This document shows positions 10,873 to 20,315 of a stretch of 64,000 nucleotides of DNA, in pieces (positions within the stretch are counted from its first letter, which is position 1; each line of letters starts with the position of its first letter). This stretch comes from Eledone cirrhosa. Its lineage: Eukaryota. Below the pieces are notes generated by a model. It ran no database searches, was not told the origin of the DNA, and saw only the letters and a program-made list of their open reading frames with translations. A program made the translations under genes and the position numbers. The stretch lies in contig OZ024744.1 of the NCBI GenBank assembly GCA_964016885.1, positions 121,458,001-121,522,000 on the forward strand, given 5' to 3'.

Positions 10873-11429
10873 ATGATATATGATATTCTGTATTTTTCAC
10901 CGCTGTCGCAGCAAAGGATTTTCTTTTTATTGTTATTGTTGTTGCTGTTGGTGGTAACACTGCTGCTGCTGTTGATTTCACTGTTGCTACAAAGGTTTTC
11001 ATTGGCATTGCTGCTGCTGCTGTAGCTGTTACTGGTAGCCATGTCGCTCCTGCTGCTGCTACTGTTGATACAAGTGACACTGCTGCTGCTGTTTCTGGTG
11101 TCAGTGATGCTGATTTCAGATGTGAGGCTCTTGCTTTTTATTGGTTGAGAGCTGTCACATGACTTTTCCTTTTCAAAATTTTGACAAAACGAAGGTGGTA
11201 ATGTCGCCATTTTCCTTTCAATAGGCATCTTTGTTTACAAAAATAGTTCAAATATTTGGGGCTTGGGCTCCAAATATTTTGAGGTTTCCTTTGCATAGGC
11301 AAAGATGGTGGCCTTATGACCTCTTTTGAGCAAAAATATTACAGCAAAATACAAAATACACAATATAAATTTACAAAACTAATAGCGCTCCGAACTGCAC
11401 GTCTTCTCAGACCAAACATCAAATATAAT

Positions 11430-14108
11430 AATATTGCTGGTGTTGGAGGAAGAAGGAATGGGACAAGAACTAGTTGGATGAAAGAATTGAATAGAACCGT
11501 CATGAAATGTTACCTGAAGAGTAACCACATGGGAAAAGACTATAGGAAACGGATGCATAACATCTGGAACAAGATTGGTCTATTTAAATTAGGTGAACAA
11601 AAATTGGCTGGTCAGGCTTGTGTTATAAGAACTAATGGATGGAGTTGGAACTGGAGGAACTGAACAGTAAGATTGAGTTGGAAATGGAGAGTGGGGTATA
11701 TCAGACAAATAAGCCAGTAGGAAATAAAGGTGAAGAAGTTGAGAGACCTGAGGAAGCAACCGAAGCAGACAATGATCTGAATGCTGAAATAAATTACATC
11801 TGGAACAAAGATACGGCCATTGAGGAAATGAATGCTGATGGGCTAGGACAAGATTTGGTTGATATCCTGAACTTAGTGGTAGATGAAATGAACAATGATA
11901 GTGGAAAACCTATGAACCTAAGATTTGTAGACAGGAAAAAGTTAAAAGAAACAACAGCTAAGGTAAACAAGGTCATCCCATACCTTGAGGCGAGGAACCT
12001 TCACCAATGCAACAATATCCTCAAAGCAACTGCAAATGCGGTGAGCAAATTACTTTGTATAAAAACGAGAGGAAACAACCAACAAGAAAGATCAGAACCT
12101 TGGTGGAAGAAACGACTGAATGGTCAAATCAAGGAAATGAGAAATGACATTGGAAAGCTTAAATCTTTACTGAATGGGACATTACAAAACATAGACACAA
12201 AAGATAGATTGGAAATAAAGTACAACACTAAGGGAAAAGAGCTAAATATTATTATAGTGGAACTGAAGCAACGCATTGTAGCAAAAAGCACAAAGATTAG
12301 GCGGTATGAGAACAGAGTTTGTCAGTATAGACAGAACCGCATGTTTGACAACAACCAGAAGATGTTGTTTGAACAGCTTGAAGGGAAAGAAAGAGGTAAC
12401 GACTTGATTCCTGAGGCAGAACAGACTAAGACATTCTGGAGAGGAATATGGGAGCAGGATGTTAAACATAATGATCAGGCAGTGTGGATTGAGACAGTAC
12501 AAAAGGAGATTAGTGAACAGGCACACCAACAACCTGATTTGAGTATCACAGTTGAAACTCTTAAAAGGCAGGCCAAAAAACTAACCAACTGGAAATCACC
12601 AGGCCCAGATGATGTGCAAGGATATTGGATAAAAAATATAACATCCCTCCACCCAAAACTGACAGCCATGTTCAATGACTGCTTGGTGTCGAGTGAAGTA
12701 CCAGAGTGGTTGACAAAAGGTACCACAGTTCTGGAAATGAAAGACCGAATCAAGGGTAATGATGTTACCAACTATAGGCCTATCACATGTCTGTCCGTAA
12801 TGCAGAAACTGTTAACAAGCATTGTGTCTGAGGAAATCTACTATCACCTCCCCATAAACAACTTGTTACCAGACGAACAGGAAGGATACCAAAAGAAGTC
12901 CCGTGGTACAAAAGACCAGTTATTTATTGATAAGATGGTAATAAGGAATTGCAAGAGGAGGCATACTGGTCTTGCTATGGGATGGATAGATTACAAAAAG
13001 ACATTCGACATGGTACCTCATTCTTGGATAACCAAAAGCCTAGAGATCTTCAAGGTGGCAGACAACATCAGACAGCTATTAAGTAAAAGTATGAAGTCCT
13101 GGGAAACAGAGCTAACATCAGGTGGAGAATCCTTGGGAGGTGTGAAGATCAAGAGAGGTATCTTCCAGGGAGATAATTTGTCCCCTTTGTTGTTTGTCCT
13201 TACCCTCATACACTTGTCCATCATATTGCGAAAAGTGAGAGCAGGATACAAGCTGGGAAGAGGAGAGCTTACGATCAACCACCTCTTCATGGACGATCTA
13301 AAACTCTTTGGGAAAAGTGAGGCAGAGTTGGATCTACTTGTTAACACTGTCCGTATTTCAGCTACAGAAGGAATGCTAATGGCTGCGCAAGAGTAAACCC
13401 TCAGAACGAAGTGGGTGAAACACCATATTGACAAGGAGGAGGCTAGCTCACTGTGTAAGATCTGTGGAGAGAGGGGACTGTGGCTCGCATCGTATCTGAG
13501 TGTAAACACCTAGCCCAGACTCACTATAAAAGCTGGAGACATGATATGACAGGAAATGTGATTCCCTGGCATCTATGCAAACTAAACAATTTACCACATT
13601 CTGAGAAGTGGTATGAGCATAAGCTAGAGTCGGTGATAGAAAACGATCAGGTGAAGGTGCTATGGGATTTTAGGATACAGATGGACAAGAAATTAGAACA
13701 CAATAGGCCTGACCTGGTGGTTTTTGACAAGGAAAAAAGTTTGTACTTGATTGTAGATGTAGCCTATCCCTTTGACACAAGAGTGCAAGAAAAGGGGAAG
13801 GAGAAAATTAACCGATACTAGGATTTAAAGTGGGAGTTAAAAAGGATTTGGAACTGCCATGAAGTCAAGGTCGTCCCAATTGTCATAGGTGCACTAGGTA
13901 CTATCACAAAGAGTTTCCAAGGATGGTTAAAAAAGATTAGTCCAGCCCCCTTTTTTGGAACACTTCAAAAGGCATGCTTCCTGGGAACAGCAAGAACCCT
14001 CCGATACGTCCTGAATATCTGAGGCTGCAGGTAGCGGCTTGATATTCATTTCAACAAACTTTCCAGTTAGATAACATCAATGACCGAGACTCAAAGAATA
14101 ATAATAAT
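11430..14108 (+). mobile_element. R4/Dong-clade (RLE) non-LTR retrotransposon, decayed, internally deleted
   Basis: N-terminal W..ELNRTVMKCY...YRKRM...EQKLAGQ. RT motifs KSPGPD, NYRPITCL, WIDYKKTFDMVPHSWI, GIFQGDNLSPLLF, FMDDLKLF. Jump at about 13357 to TEGMLMAAQE, then CKIC...C zinc finger, RHD, PD..D..K endonuclease (NRPDLVV...IVDVAYP...EKINRY), VPIVIGALG, stop at 14020-14022. 3' hairpin GAATATC...GATATTC and an (AAT)n tail. Multiple stops and frameshifts. Confidence 0.9.
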
Positions 14109-14292
14109 TGTTTCTCCTTTTGGCACAAGGCCAGCAATTACCCAGTACATTACTGGTACTTTATTTTATCGACCCTGTAAGGATGAAAGGCAAAGTTAAC
14201 TTCAGCAGGATTTGAACTCAGACCATAAAGGGCCATAACTCCTATGCTGCAAAGCATGGCGTCCGACTCTGTAACGATACTCGCCATTCACC
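14105..14292 (-). mobile_element. tRNA-derived SINE (same family as 10680-10872), followed by a short internal SINE fragment at 14291-14334
   Basis: Reverse complement matches the 10680 copy: B-box GAGTTCAAATCC, CTTTCATCCTTACAGGGTCGATAAAATAAAGTACCAG, GCTGGCCTTGTGCCAAAAGGAGAAACAATTATT. Confidence 0.85.
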
Positions 14293-14344
14293 AGTGCATT
14301 ACTGGTACTTTATTTCATCTACCTCGTAAGAATGATAGTAATAA

Positions 14345-14590
14345 TAATTTTTTTGTATGTTTTCTCTAGCAATCATTTGTTGAACGATGTTAACTGGCCT
14401 CAGCTCAGTGCCTGATCTCTGAGGCTCAATATATTGTGTAGGATTCTGGTAGTGCTTCTGATGGTAGTAATTTGGGCACTTGCCTATGAAATCAGGGATC
14501 ACAAGGCTTTCGTTGAAAGATGTGAAGCGTTTAGGGTCCATGTCTAGGACCCCAATGATGATTGGCGTGACCTCTGTCTCTACATGGTCA
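14345..14590 (-). mobile_element. Short 3' fragment of a third R4/Dong-type LINE
   Basis: Minus strand ETEVTPIIIGVLDMDPK...IPDFIG / ...TTRILHNILSL parallels the VPIVIGALG...TARTLRYVLNI terminus of the 11430 element. 3' hairpin GCCTCAG...CTGAGGC and an A/TTA-rich end. Confidence 0.6.
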
Positions 14591-14804
14591 TCAGTTTTAA
14601 CAGAACCTACAAGGTCTACAGTCACGTTGTTGTCTTAAGGGATCGCAATATGAATTAGAGTCCATTTTTGTTGAGAGGTTGTGTGTTTGTTTTTAAAACA
14701 ATATCAGGGTGAGGAAGGTCACATCACTGCTACTCCTTCCTTCCTTCCCAGCATGTCACAGTGCACTACTACTTCCAGCAAAAGCCTGCCACCTGATATA
14801 TTTC

Positions 14805-16218
14805 TGGTGGTGGTGGAGGTGGGGGTTGTAGTGGGGGTGACGGTGGTGGTGGTGGAGGTGGTGATGGTAGTGGTGGTGACTGTGACGGTAGTGGTGGTGG
14901 TGGCGGTGGTGGTGGTGGAGACGGTAGGGGTGGTGGTGGTGGTGGTGTTGGTGGTGGTGGTGGTGATGGTGGTGGTGATGGCAGTGGTGGTGGTGTTGAT
15001 GTTGTTGGTGGTGGTGGTGGTGGTAATGGTAGTGGTGGTGGTGGTGGTAGTGGTGGTGGTGGTGATTGTGTTTGTGGTGGTGGTGTTGGTGATGGTGGTG
15101 GCAGTGGCGGTGATGGTGGTGGTGGTGGTGGTGGTAGTGGTGGTGGTGATTGTGTTTGTGGTGGTGGTGGTGTTGTGGTGGTGTTGTGGTGGTGGTGGTG
15201 GGTGTGGTGTTGGTGGTGATAGTCGTGGTTGTGAGGGAGGTGGTGGTTGTAATGGTGGTGGTTGTGGTGTTAGTGGTGGTGATTGTGGTGGTAGTGGTAG
15301 TGGTGGTGGTGGCAGTGACAGTGGTGGTGGTTGTGATGGTAGTGTAGGTGGTGGTGGTGTTGGTGGTGATGGTGGTAGTGGTGGTGGTATTGGTGGTGGG
15401 GGTGGTAATGGTGGTGCTGGAGTGATGGTAGTGGTGGTGGTGGTGTTGGTAGTGGCAGTGGTACTGGTGATGGTGGTTGGGGTGGTAGTGGTGGTGGTGG
15501 TAGTGGTGGTGGTGGTAGTGTTGTGATGGTGGTGTTGTGGTGGTGGTGTTGGTAGTGGTGGTGTTGGTGGTGGCGAAGGTAGTGGTGATGGTGGTGGTGG
15601 TGGTGGTGTTGTTGGTGGTGGTGGTGGTACTGGTGGTAGTGGTGGTGGTGTTCGTGGTGGTGTTGTGGTGGTGGTGCTGCTGTTGGTGGTGATGGTTGTG
15701 GTGGTGGTGGAGGTTGTGATGGTGGTGTTGGTGGTGGTGCTAGTGGTGGTGCTAGTGGTGGTGGTGGTGGTGGTGGTGGTAATGGTGGTGGTGTTGTTGG
15801 TAATGGTGGTGCTAGTGGTGGTGTTGGTGTTGGTGATGGTGGTGGTGGTGATGGTGGTGGGGCTGATGATGACAATAATGATAGTAATGATGATGATGAT
15901 GATGATGATGGTGGTAGTGGTGGTGGTAGTGGTGGTGGTGTTGTGGTGGTGGTTGTGGTGCTGTTGGTGGTGATGGTTGTGGTGGTGGTGGAGGTTGTGA
16001 TGGTGGTGTTGGTGGTGGTGCTAGTGGTGGTGCTAGTGGTGGTGGTGGTGGTGATAATGGTGGTAATGGTGGTGCTAGTGGTGGTGTTGGTGTTGGTGTT
16101 GGTGATGGTGGTGGTGGTGATGGTGGTGGTGGTGGTGGTGATGGTGGTGGTGGTGGTGTTGGTGATGGTGGTGGTGGTGATGGTGGTGGGGCTGATGATG
16201 ACAATAATGATAATAATT

Positions 16219-16252
<34 letters not shown>
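14805..16252. repeat. Degenerate (GGT)n tract of about 1.45 kb ending in (GAT)n, with an internal duplication of about 0.3 kb
   Basis: Near-continuous GGT triplets with variants. The block ending GGGGCTGATGATGACAATAATGATA occurs twice (about 15860 and 16190). Confidence 0.95.
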
Positions 16253-16280
16253 CTATTATTAATGTAAGTATGTGCTTCAC

Positions 16281-16542
16281 CTTCCAATGTCTGAAAAACT
16301 TCATCTGGGTGTAATATCCACCAGTTTTTTGTATTGGAGACGTATGACAACCTGAACACTAGGACCACACAAAAGACAATCCAGTGTATCTTCTGAGGGA
16401 AGAAATTGTCATCCAGATATTTCATTGGATGTTCTTGTTCTGTGGAATATCTGCCAGAACCCTTCTTTCTCTGTTGTTCTCTTACGGAATATAAATCAGT
16501 TCCTTTAACAGGTTTGGCCGGTATTTTCCTCTTCTTAACCAT
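16281..16542 (-). CDS. First coding exon of an ALG9/PIG-B/PIG-Z family (GT22) mannosyltransferase-like gene
   Basis: MVKKRKIPAK...KIHWIVFCVVLVFRLSYVSNTKNWWILHPDEVFQTLE: a basic N-terminus, one TM helix, then the (H/V)PDExxQxxE lumenal motif of GT22 enzymes. Start context CAAAAATGG. Candidate acceptor TTTGTTATTTAG (AG at 16580-16579) and phase-1 donor GAAG|GTGAAG at 16281/16280. The poly-His tail in the ORF track is intronic repeat. Confidence 0.75.
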
Positions 16543-16602
16543 TTTTGGGAATTTTCACAACCAAATGAAAACCATCTTCTAAATAACAAAATAATAATAA
16601 TA

Positions 16603-18172
16603 ATAAAAGAAAAGTACAGTATAAAATCAACAAGTGACATAGACATGATGATAGAAATAATCAAGTAAAAAGTGTCGGCCAAAGCTGCTCGTATAAGGCA
16701 CTTTGAAAAATGCTCTAGATTCTTTACGGACAATAAAATGTTCAAAAACAACCAAAAAAATTCTACAGAAAAATTGGCAAGTCAACAATAACTGCTAAAT
16801 CAATACCACCCAAGGAGGAAGTGCAAGAATTCTGGCAAAAGATCTGGGCCGAAGGAAAAGTTCATAATATACATGCGCCATGGATAGACAGACAAATGAA
16901 AGATACAGCTCACCTTGAGGAACAAATATGGGAAAATATAACAGTTGAATAGTTGGGTTTAGCTCTTAGAAAATCCAGCAAATGGAAATCCCCAGGAAAA
17001 GACAAAATACCAAATTTTTGGATAAATGCCTTCACAGAGTCTCATAAGCTGTTAGCCCAACTTTACAATGAAATGGTTAAGGAGCCAGAAAAGATACCGT
17101 CATGGCTAGTTAACGGCATTACATTCCTACTTCCAAAGATCATACTCCATTACAAAAGATGCACAAAAATACAGTAATGAACTACAAATTTCAGAAGTTC
17201 CATTTACTGTAAAACACAGAAAAAGCAAAGCAGGTAAAAATAACTGCAAAGAAAGAACTGCTACAGAAACTGGCTAAGAAATGGCAAGGAAAGCCCAGAA
17301 AGAGCTAACAATCCTGATGTTGACAAAACTTTAACCCATCAGTGGTTGGCATCCTCTGGACTGAAATCACAGACTGAAGGACTCTTTATATCGGCACAAG
17401 ATCAGTGTCTGCCAACAAAAAATTACCAAGCCAACATAATAAAAAATGGATGCAACCCATTATGCCGTGTATGTAAAAAACAACCAGAGACCATTGATAA
17501 TATAATTTCAATGTGCAGTCCTATAGCTCTAACCGAATACCTAAACAGGCATGACAGAGCTGCACAATACATACATTGGATAATGTGTAAGCATTTTGAC
17601 CTGCCCCATCAAAAGAATTGGTGGGAGCATCAACCACCTCCCATATTTGAAAAAGATCACATTTCAATCTTGTGGAACTTTAGCATCCAAACAGACCGAA
17701 AAATAGATGCAAATAGACCTGATATAATACTGAAGGACTTTAAAAAGAGGGTATGCCTGCTAATTGATATGTCCGTTTCAATAGACAAGAATGTATCTAT
17801 AAAACATTTGAAAAATTGAGCAAGTATAAAGACCTGGAGATAGAGATTGGAAAAATGCGGAAGTTGAGAACTAAAACAATACCAGTGGTTGTAGGCGCTC
17901 TAGGAATGATACCTAAGGGGTCTAATGATTACTTATCCCAAATCCCAGGAAACCCGCGTATAGGAGAAATACAAAAGATAGTACTAATGGAAAATGCCCA
18001 TATACTAAGGAAGATTCTATCAATATGAATGCATCACAAGTCTAAACACCTAAAGTTACATGTATGTGTGTATGTGTTCTTTCTTGAACATGGCAGACCT
18101 TGTCTCTTGAGGTCACTGGTTGTGACTTGGTAATAACTCGTATGAACATAAAGCAAGATAAATGAAATAAAA
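16603..18172 (+). mobile_element. Second R4/Dong-clade LINE, 5'-truncated with RT core deleted
   Basis: KVSAKAARIRHFEK...NKMF, WKSPGKDKIPNFWI...WLVNGITFLLPK, jump at about 17139, then LKSQTEGLFISAQDQ, CRVC...C, RHD, NRPDII...LIDMS, KYKDL, IPVVVGALG, HILRKILSI* (stop ends 18028). Preceded by (ATA)n at 16591-16606. Confidence 0.88.
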
Positions 18173-18389
18173 ATGGTTTCTTATATAGGCACAAGGCCAG
18201 TAATTTGGGGTGAGGGGAAAGTCGATTAAATCGATTCCAGTACGTTACTGGTGCTTTATTTTATCACCCCCGTAAGGATGAAAGGCAAAATATACCTCGG
18301 TGGGATTTGAACTCAGACCATAAAGGGCCGTAACTCTATGCTACAAAGCATGGCGTCCGACCCTCTACCGATACTGCCAATCCACCGCC
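18172..18389 (-). mobile_element. tRNA-derived SINE, full length (longer variant)
   Basis: Minus strand GGCGGTGGATTGGCAGTATCGGTAGAGGGTCGGACGCC...GAGTTCAAATCCCACCGAGG...CTGGCCTTGTGCCTATATAAGAAACCATT. It carries an extra internal segment (ATCGATTTAATCGACTTTCCCCTCACCCCAA) absent from the other copies. Flanked by (TAA)n at 18391-18404. Confidence 0.85.
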
Positions 18390-18409
18390 CTAATAATAAT
18401 AATAGCCAC

Positions 18410-19330
18410 AAATGCCGACATATAGAAGATAACACAAAGACAAAGACAGGGACAGTGGGGGATTTACAATGAAATTGAGTCAAAAATACAAAAGCAATAA
18501 AATATATAAAAAATATGTAAAAATATAAGAATATATAAAAATAAAAAATAAATTCACCAATAGGGGGGATAACCAGCCAGGGGCGATTCAGGTACCGTTA
18601 CTATCCTGAAACACTTGACACTTCGAGGCTACATCTGAGTACCTCTCTCCTTCTCAAATTAGTCAGCCTACAGGCACATGCTCAGAGTAGGCCAATTCAC
18701 ACGAGCCATTCCCACCACATTCACCCCCACCTTTTAGCAAATGTACTGGCGGGGGGGGGGGGGGGGGCAGCGCTTCTCTCTCCACCCTCACCTTCCTTTC
18801 CAAGTGAAACTTGAAGAAGTTGATGAGGGGGCTGGCTGAAGAGAAAAGTGTCTGTCTTCAGTCCTTTCAACCTGGTCCACCATACAACCTCTTCACTACT
18901 GCCATCAGACAGAAAAATTGTCCGCCCTTCCCAGCCAAAAGAAGACCGCAGGTTGATCTTCACTATGGACTCAGCCATTAGCTGGATCCGTTCTACACGC
19001 GACAACAGCTGTTCGACATAACTCTACAAAATCAGTAATGCACGGACACTGTATGAGTAGGTACAGAATGGTTTCATCATTCTGCGCACATCTTAGGAAG
19101 GTCTCTCTACCTATAGAGTTTATCTTAAACTGACAGTGCCCTCCATAGCACTGCAAGGTGAGGGAATTCTGGAAGATATCCATAGTCCTCAGCTTGAAAG
19201 CCCTTTGGAACTGATTGGTCAGTTCAATATCATCGACACTCAGAGCCTCTTTGAGTGCATCGCCACACTTGAACATCACTAATCCTCTGGAGAATTCAAG
19301 AGTGGAATTTGCACTGACTGTATTGCCCAC
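18410..19330 (-). mobile_element. Decayed 3' end of an L1/Tx1-like LINE ORF2 (C-terminal Cys/His region) plus 3' UTR
   Basis: Fragments across frames: TMDIFQNSLTLQCY, RCAQNDETILYLLIQC (decayed CxxC...ET..H....C), LSRVERIQLMAESIVKI, EVVWWTRLKG (W..R motif). Followed by a T-rich 3' UTR on the minus strand. Many frameshifts. Confidence 0.65.
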
Positions 19331-19680
19331 ATGGTGGAGGGCAGTGAGCGCGTGCTAACATACCACATATTTGGTGCTTGCTCAGTCTCAGTTTCTTCAT
19401 GAGCCAGGACTGCAGATCAGTCAAAAAGACAAGCTATGGAAAGAACAGTTACTCAAAAAAGCGACCATACCTGTTCAACATTTAAGAATATCTGAAGCTA
19501 GCGAAGACTCAGTACATGTTTGCACCTCATTAGCCACAGCATACCCAGCCATCCACATACAGGATTTGGGCAGCAGATGGACCACCTCACAAATAGAACC
19601 TGTCCTTTTCACAAAAAGAGGAGAGCCGTCGTTTGAATTTGGTCAGGTGTGAACAAAGGCAAGGCACAACGGTTGTAGAT

Positions 19681-19798
19681 GATGGATGTGATGTATGTAT
19701 GTGTAGGAACTGAGATGTATGTATGTGTAGGAACTGAGAGAGAAACTAGGTATAAAAGGAATCAGATGTAGTGTGTAGGAGAGGAGACTGTGTTGGTA
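19681..19798 (+). repeat. Detached partial SatB monomer
   Basis: GAACTGAGAGAGAAACTAGGTATAAAAGGAATCAGATGTAGTGTGTAGGAGAGGAGACTGTGTTGGTA (19731-19798), preceded by an approximately 24-nt duplication GATGTATGTATGTGTAGGAACTGA. Confidence 0.9.
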
Positions 19799-20315
19799 AT
19801 GTAGTGACCTACATTCTGAGGGCTCTTCAATACATTCTCCATACGTTGTTTGGCTTAGTTCAGACAATCGCTATCAGCGTAGGAGAATGTATTTCAACTT
19901 CCGCCGAAAGGGAAAAATTCCCGCTTCTCTTCGAAAATATCTATCTTTGAATCTTGGCACCGCCAAGGTAAACATCTCTTGATTTTCATCAACAAATTTT
20001 CCAAAATGTAGCTATTGAACAATTACTGCAGCCGTGGCTTCTAACTTCAGCCATAGGTCTGCGTATTCTTTTACAGCATCTTAATTTGTTTTATTTCATT
20101 TTTTATGACATGTACTAACAGCTAACTCAACTTCTCATGTTTGTAAATAAATTATATATAAAAAAACCTTGTAATGCCTTATAATGATATTTGCCACAAC
20201 ATTCCCTTGGACTGCTTCGGTTGCTCTCAGTGATAAAATACACAAACAACAATACATACGTTCTCAACAACACATACTGAATTGGGGAACATCCACTAAA
20301 TAACTTCTTCTAAAA
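19799..20315. other. Unique 517-bp segment between the detached monomer and the SatB array; hairpins and promoter-like motifs
   Basis: Relatively CpG-rich for this window. Inverted repeat AATACATTCTCC(A)TACG / CGTAGGAGAATGTATT (19829-19893). ACTTCCG (ETS-like, about 19897) and TTCCCGC (E2F-like, about 19918). Confidence 0.3.

Larger units (their letters stand above)
9565..11230 (-). mobile_element. Decayed ORF1 (gag-like, CCHC zinc knuckle) of an L1/Tx1-like non-LTR retrotransposon, interrupted by a microsatellite and a SINE
   Basis: Joining across 10245-10886 gives KSFAATAVKNTEYQEKGKLAEAIKLINFHENVAPEVL. A later frame gives MDKILYPITLPGGKEIQVFVEA*RPRCHLCGQTTH/LRAFC, a CX2CX4HX4C knuckle once a 2-nt CA slip near 10040 is removed. 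A T/P/Q-rich low-complexity tail follows. Confidence 0.6.

Noticed and set aside
11639-13396. 585-aa ORF as a functional reverse transcriptase gene
   Set aside because: It is part of a decayed R4-type LINE with a frameshifted N-terminus, an internal deletion, premature stops and degenerate motifs.
14805-16252. Telomeric repeat
   Set aside because: The unit is GGT, not TTAGGG or TTAGG, and it is internal and degenerate.
14681-16314. Poly-Val, poly-Pro/Thr/His and Gly-rich ORFs
   Set aside because: Translations of the (GGT)n/(GAT)n tract.
19340-19670. ORF 19371-19652 as a gene
   Set aside because: No recognisable motifs and a non-ATG start. The region could be a non-coding exon but there is no support.
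19799-20315. Tc1/mariner or Helitron assignment for the insert
   Set aside because: The TA overlap fits mariner but no terminal inverted repeats are visible, and there are no TC...CTRR Helitron ends.
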